Source: Eledone cirrhosa
Taxonomy: Eukaryota
NCBI GenBank assembly: GCA_964016885.1
Contig: OZ024759.1
Coordinates: forward strand, 11,098,001-11,162,000
DNA: 64,000 nt
Direction of reading: 5' to 3'
In this document: positions 57,101-64,000 of the stretch, in pieces
How the letters are laid out: every line of letters begins with the position of its first letter
Position numbering within the stretch: position 1 is the stretch's first letter
Translations under genes and position numbers: made by a program
Notes under the pieces: generated by a model
What the model was told of the DNA's origin: nothing
The model's database searches: none
What the model saw: only the letters and a program-made list of their open reading frames with translations

Positions 57101-60100
57101 CTACCGTACAGTCCTCAGACACCTTAACTACTGTACAGTCCTCAGTCAGACACCTTAACTACCGTACAGTCCTCAGATACCTTAACTACTGTACAGTCCT
57201 TAGTCAGACACCTTAACTACCGTACAGTCCTCAGATACCTTAACTACTGTACAGTCCTTAGTCAGACACCTTAACCACCGTACAGTCCTCAGACACCTTA
57301 ACTACTGTACAGTCCTCAGTCAGACACCTTAACTACCGTACAGTCCTCAGACACCTTAACTACCGTACAGTCCTCAGTCAGACACCTTAACTACCGTACA
57401 GTCCTTAGTCAGACACCTTAACTACCGTACAGTCCTTAGTCAGACACCTTAACTACTGTACAGTCCTCAGTCACACGCCTTAACTACCGTACAGTCCTTA
57501 GTCAGACACCTTAACTACCGTACAGTCCTCAGTCAGACACCTTAACTACCGTACAGTCCTCAGTCAGACACCTTAACTACCGTACAGTCCTCAGTCAGAC
57601 ACCTTAACTACCGTACAGTCCTCAGACACCTTAACTACCGTACAGTCCTTAGTCAGACACCTTAACTACCGTACAGTCCTCAGTCACACACCTTAACTAC
57701 CGTACAGTCCTCAGACACCTTAACTACTGTACAGACTTCAGTCAGACACCTTAACTACCGTACAGTCCTCAATCAGACACCTTAACTACCGTACAGCCCT
57801 CAGACACCTTAACTACCGTACAGTCCTCAGTCAGACACCTTAACTACCGTACAGTCCTTAGTCAGACACCTTAACTACCGTACAGTCCTCAGTCAGACAC
57901 CTTAACTACCGTACAGTCCTCAGGCACCTTAACTACCGTACAGACCTCAGTCACACACCTTAACTACCGTACAGTCCTCAGACACCTTAACTACCGTACA
58001 GTCCTCAGTCAGACACCTTAACTACCGTACAGTCCTTAGTCAGACACCTTAACTACCGTACAGTCCTCAGTCACACACCTTAACTACCGTACAGTCCTCA
58101 GACACCTTAACTACCGTACAGTCCTCAGTCAGACACCTTAACTACCGTACAGTCCTTAGTCAGACACCTTAACTACCGTACAGTCCTCAGACACCTTAAC
58201 CACTGTACAGACTTCAGTCACACACCTCAACTACCGTACAGTCCTTAGTCAGACACCTTAACTACCGTACAGTCCTTAGTCAGACACCTTAACTACCGTA
58301 CAGTCCTCAGTCACACACCTTAACTACCGTACAGTCCTCAGTCAGACACCTTAACCACTGTACAGACTTCAGTCACACACCTTAACTACCGTACAGTCCT
58401 CAGTCAGTCACCTTAACTACCGTACAGTCCTCAGACACCTTAACCACCGTACAGACCTCAGTCACACACCTTAACTACCGTACAGTCCTTAGTCAGACAC
58501 CTTAACTACCGTACAGTCCTCAGACACCTTAACTACTGTACAGTCCTTAGTCAGACACCTTAACTACCGTACAGTCTTCAGTCAGACACCTTAACTACTG
58601 TACAGTCCTTAGTCAGACACCTTAACTACCGTACAGTCCTCAGTCAGACACCTTAACCACCGTACAGTCCTCAGTCAGACACCTTAACTACCGTACAGTC
58701 CTCAGTCAGACACCTTAACTACCGTACAGTCCTCAGTCAGACACCTTAACTACCGTACAGTCCTCAGTCAGACACCTTAACTACCGTACAGTCCTTAGTC
58801 AGACACCTTAACTACCGTACAGTCCTCAGACTCCTTAACTACCGTACAGTCCTCAGTCAGACACCTTAACTACCGTACAGTCCTTAGTCAGACACCTTAA
58901 CTACCGTACAGTCCTCAGTCACACACCTTAACTACCGTACAGTCCTCAGACACCTTAACTACTGTACAGACTTCAGTCAGACACCTTAACTACCGTACAG
59001 TCCTCAATCAGACACCTTAACTACCGTACAGCCCTCAGACACCTTAACTACCGTACAGTCCTCAGTCAGACACCTTAACTACCGTACAGTCCTTAGTCAG
59101 ACACCTTAACTACCGTACAGTCCTCAGTCACACACCTTAACTACCGTACAGTCCTCAGACACCTTAACTACCGTACAGTCCTCAGTCAGACACCTTAACT
59201 ACCGTACAGTCCTTAGTCAGACACCTTAACTACCGTACAGTCCTCAGTCACACACCTTAACTACCGTACAGACCTCAGTCAGACACCTTAACTACCGTAC
59301 AGACTTCAGTCACACACCTTAACTACCGTACAGACTTCAGTCACACACCTTAACTACCGTACAGTCCTTAGTCAGACACCTTAACTACCGTACAGTCCTT
59401 AGTCAGACACCTTAACTACCGTACAGTCCTCAGTCACACACCTTAACTACCGTACAGTCCTCAGTCAGACACCTTAACCACTGTACAGACTTCAGTCACA
59501 CACCTTAACTACCGTACAGTCCTCAGTCAGACACCTTAACTACCGTACAGTCCTCAGACACCTTAACCACCGTACAGACCTCAGTCAGACACCTTAACTA
59601 CCGTACAGTCCTCAGACACCTTAACCACTGTACAGACTTCAGTCACACACCTTAACTACCGTACAGTCCTTAGTCAGACACCTTAACTACCGTACAGTCC
59701 TTAGTCAGACACCTTAACTACCGTACAGTCCTCAGTCACACACCTTAACTACCGTACAGTCCTCAGTCAGACACCTTAACCACCGTACAGACCTCAGTCA
59801 CACACCTTAACTACCGTACAGTCCTTAGTCAGACACCTTAACTACCGTACAGTCCTCAGACACCTTAACTACTGTACAGTCCTTAGTCAGACACCTTAAC
59901 TACCGTACAGTCCTCAGTCAGACACCTTAACCACCGTACAGTCCTCAGACACCTTAACTACCGTACAGTCCTCAGTCAGACACCTTAACTACCGTACAAT
60001 CCTCAGTCAGACACCTTAACTACCGTACAGTCCTCAGTCAGACACCTTAACTACCGTACAGTCCTTAGTCAGACACCTTAACTACCGTACAGTCCTCAGT

Positions 60101-60645
60101 CAGACACCTTAACTACCGTACAGTCCTCAGACACCTTAACTACCATACAGTCCTCAGACACCTTAACTACCGTACAGTCCTCAATTAGACACCTTAACTA
60201 CCGTACAGTCCTCAGACACCTTAACTACCATACAGTCCTCAGACACCTTAACTACCATACAGTCCTCAATTAGACACCTTAACTACCGTACAGTCCTCAG
60301 ACACCTTAACTACCATACAGTCCTCAGACACCTTAACTACCATACAGTCCTCAATTAGACACCTTAACTACCGTACAGTCCTCAGACACCTTAACTACCA
60401 TACAGTCCTCAGACACCTTAACTACCATACAGTCCTCAATTAGACACCTTAACTACCGTACAGTCCTCAGACACCTTAACTACCATACAGTCCTCAATTA
60501 GACACCTTAACTACCGTACAGTTCTCAGTCAGACACCTTAACTACCGTACAGTCCTCAGTCACACACCTTAACTACCGTACAGTCCTCAGACACCTTAAC
60601 CACCGTACAGACTTCAGTCACTCACCTTAACCACTCAGCCACACA
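54103..60645 (-). mobile_element. tRNA-derived SINE head split by a 6.5-kb array
   Basis: Minus strand A box TGGCTGAGTGG (60631-60641), B-box-like GGATTTCAATTCCC (54128-54141), then TTGTGTCCTTGATCAA core. Confidence 0.75.
54145..60634. repeat. 31-bp (variant 27-bp) minisatellite, >200 copies
   Basis: Unit GTACAGTCCTCAGTCAGACACCTTAACTACC. Confidence 0.97.
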
Positions 60646-60907
60646 CATTGCCAATCAATAATATAAAATACCAATGAAGTACTGATATTGATTGAATATT
60701 TCCAATAAATCAATCTAGATTATATAAGACAACTTATGAGTCATTGATGTAAAAAAAATGTTCCATCATGGGAATTGAAACTGTGACACATCTTATGTTA
60801 ATGAACCTTATTGTGTTACCTTGTTAAATTACACCTGTGTGTGTGTGTGTGTGTGTGTGTCAGAGTCTGTGTGTCAGTGTGTGTGGTAGCACATTTTCAG
60901 ATAGTCA

Positions 60908-62225
60908 TGCATGCACATGTACAACTTTGCAGAGAAATACACACGCAGGCACGCACATGTACAACTTTGCAGCGAAATACACATGCATGCACGCACATGT
61001 ACACCTTTGCAGAGAAATACACACGCAGGCACGCACATGTACAACTTTGCAGAGAAATACACATGCAGGCACGCACATGTACAACTTTGCAGAGAAATAC
61101 ACACGCATGCACGCACATGTACAACTTTGCAGAGAAATACACACGCATGCATGCACATGTACAACTTTGCAGAGAAATACACATGCAGGCACGCACATGT
61201 ACAACTTTGCAGAGAAATACACACGCATGCACGCACATGTACACCTTTGCAGAGAAATACACATGCATGCACGCACATGTACACCTTTGCAGAGAAATAC
61301 ACATGCATGCACGCACATGTACAACTTTGCAGAGAAATACACATGCATGCACGCACATGTACACCTTTGCAGAGAAATACACATGCAGGCACGCACATGT
61401 ACACCTTTGCAGAGAAATACACATGCATGCACGCACATGTACACCTTTGCAGAGAAATACACACGCATGCACACACATGTACACCTTTGCAGAGAAATAC
61501 ACATGCAGGCACGCACATGTACACCTTTGCAGAGAAATACACATGCATGCACGCACATGTACACCTTTGCAGAGAAATACACATGCATGCACGCACATGT
61601 ACACCTTTGCAGAGAAATACACATGCATGCACGCACATGTACACCTTTGCAGAGAAATACACATGCATGCACGCACATGTACACCTTTGCAGAGAAATAC
61701 ACACGCATGCACACACATGTACACCTTTGCAGAGAAATACACATGCATGCACATATACACCTTTGCAGAGAAATACACATGCATGCACGCACATGTACAC
61801 CTTTGCAGAGAAATACACATGCATGCATGCACATGTACACCTTTGCAGAGAAATACACACGCATGCACACACATGTACACCTTTGCAGAGAAATACACAT
61901 GCATGCACATATACACCTTTGCAGAGAAATACACACGCATGCACGCACATGTACACCTTTGCAGAGAAATACACATGCATGCACATATACACCTTTGCAG
62001 AGAAATACACATGCATGCACGCACATGTACACCTTTGCAGAGAAATACACATGCATGCACGCACATGTACACCTTTGCAGAGAAATACACATGCATGCAT
62101 GCACATGTACACCTTTGCAGAGAAATACACACGCATGCATGCACATGTACACCTTTGCAGAGAAATACACACGCATGCATGCACATGTACACCTTTGCAG
62201 AGAAATACACATGCATGCACATATA
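60908..62225. repeat. 40-bp minisatellite, ~33 copies with shorter variants
   Basis: Unit ATGCACGCACATGTACACCTTTGCAGAGAAATACACATGC. Confidence 0.95.
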
Positions 62226-62436
62226 CACACACACATTTATTTGGGCATGTTTGTGCAAGAATATATGATATATATATATGTGTGTATGTATGTATGTATG
62301 TATGTGTATATATATATATGTATATTATTATTGTTGTTGTCGTTATTATTGTTATTATTATTATTATTATTATTGTTATTAATGTATGTGTGTGTGTATA
62401 TGTGTGTGTGTATATGTGTGTGTGTATGTGTATATA

Positions 62437-62471
<35 letters not shown>

Positions 62472-62482
62472 ATGTATGTGTG

Positions 62483-62515
<33 letters not shown>

Positions 62516-62728
62516 TTTTTTATTTTTTTTATTTTTATTTATTTATCATTATTATTATTTTTTTTTTTTTTCTTCTCGTGCAATGGCCATACTCGATAAC
62601 GAGGGGGCAGCCATCATCATGTATGTAATATATATATATACACACACAGTCTCTCTCACACATACACTAATGTCATCGTTTGCACCTAGACATTAGTCTA
62701 AACAACTACAACAGCAACAAGTCCTGGA

Positions 62729-63328
62729 ACTACCACCACCACCATCACCACCGCCACCACTACCTCAACCACCACCACCTACACCACCGCCACTACTGCC
62801 ATCACCACCACCACCTACACCACTGCCATCAGTACCACCATTACCACCACCACCACCACCACTACTATCTACTCCACCATCACCGCTACCACCACCATCA
62901 CTACTACCACCACCATCACCGCTACCACCACCACCGCTACCACCACCACCACCGTCACCGCTACCACCACCATCACTCCTACCACCACCATCACTCCTAC
63001 CACCACCATCACCGCTACCACCACCACCACTATCACCGCTACCGCTACCACCACCATCACCGCTACCACCACCATCACCGCTACCACCACCACTACCACC
63101 ACTACCACCCCTACCACCATCACCACTACCACCACTCCCACCATCACCACTACCACCACTACCATCACCACCATCACCACTACTACTACTACCACCACCA
63201 CCACTACTACTACCACCACCATCACCACTACTACCACCACTACCGCCACTACCAGCACCACCACCACCACCAGCACCACCACCACCACCACTACCATCAC
63301 CTCTACCATCATTACCTCCACCCACACC
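62729..63328. repeat. (CAC/TAC/CAT)n trinucleotide tract
   Basis: Degenerate ACC repeats. Confidence 0.9.
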
Positions 63329-63502
63329 ATTTTATCTTCTATGCAAATTAGCTAATTAACTAATTATATATATATTTTTCCAATTAATTCTTTCGTATAC
63401 TTCAAGACAGTCACTTCTGCTATGGAATAGCTTGAAAAACACGGTCACTTGTAAGATTCCGTGAGGATTTTACTGCTAGGAGAGTCAAATTAAAGCAGCT
63501 AT

Positions 63503-63595
<93 letters not shown>

Positions 63596-63619
63596 TGTCT
63601 GTCTGTCTGTCTGTCTGTC
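63503..63619. repeat. (CCTG)n(TCTG)n tetranucleotide microsatellite
   Basis: Direct. Confidence 0.95.
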
Positions 63620-64000
63620 ATTTATATATCTGTGTCTGTCTGTCTACCTATTTACCACTTTAGGAGAATCAGACTGGAGAGAGAGAGAGAGTCACTGCAC
63701 CGCGGTAAATTTACTGAAAGGTGGGTGAAAGTGGCAAAAATGGCTCGAGTGATTGGGACTTCTCTGTATATCAGCCTGTAGGTTAAAGAAGATAGCAAAA
63801 GGAAGAAAGGAGCACTTGCACAACACGCTCCTGAAGTTGAGGGTTGTTCTATCTACGGGGTATTAAACAACCCATTTGTCGCGCCTCCCCCTCCCCCCTA
63901 TTGGGGGATTTCGACTGTTAAATTTGTTTGTTTTAATATTTTTACACGACTGTATGTAAAATCCCTAGCATGTGTCCTTGTTTTGTCTCCTTTTCTTGTG

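Noticed and set aside
60811-63351. Cys/His-rich and poly-His ORFs
   Set aside because: 40-bp minisatellite open in all six frames plus a trinucleotide tract; no zinc-finger spacing.
63660-63850. Possible exon TTTAG|GAGAATC..CCGCG|GTAAAT
   Set aside because: Contains (GA)n, has a weak acceptor tract and no recognisable peptide.

Overview
Repeat-dominated animal genomic DNA. The SINE, RTE and MITE families and the (TA)n density resemble an octopod cephalopod; that assignment is inference only. There is no intact protein-coding gene, and nearly all ORFs in the track are translations of simple or tandem repeats. The window contains long microsatellites, tRNA-derived SINEs (four with clear TSDs), RTE-clade LINE fragments, one CRE-clade non-LTR 3' fragment, TA- and TTAA-type MITEs, a 200-N gap, a promoter-like island and a few weak exon candidates. 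Two patterns stand out. (1) Seven loci carry type I hammerhead-ribozyme motifs or remnants in three sequence families. Most are short elements embedded in (TA)n, several are inverted at the ribozyme stems, and two families share a GTATTGAGT(AC) motif about 40 nt past the cleavage site. They resemble Penelope pLTRs or retrozymes. (2) About a dozen minisatellites are in-situ amplifications of an internal segment of a transposon remnant, with the host element resuming on both sides. All coordinates and pairings were read by eye.
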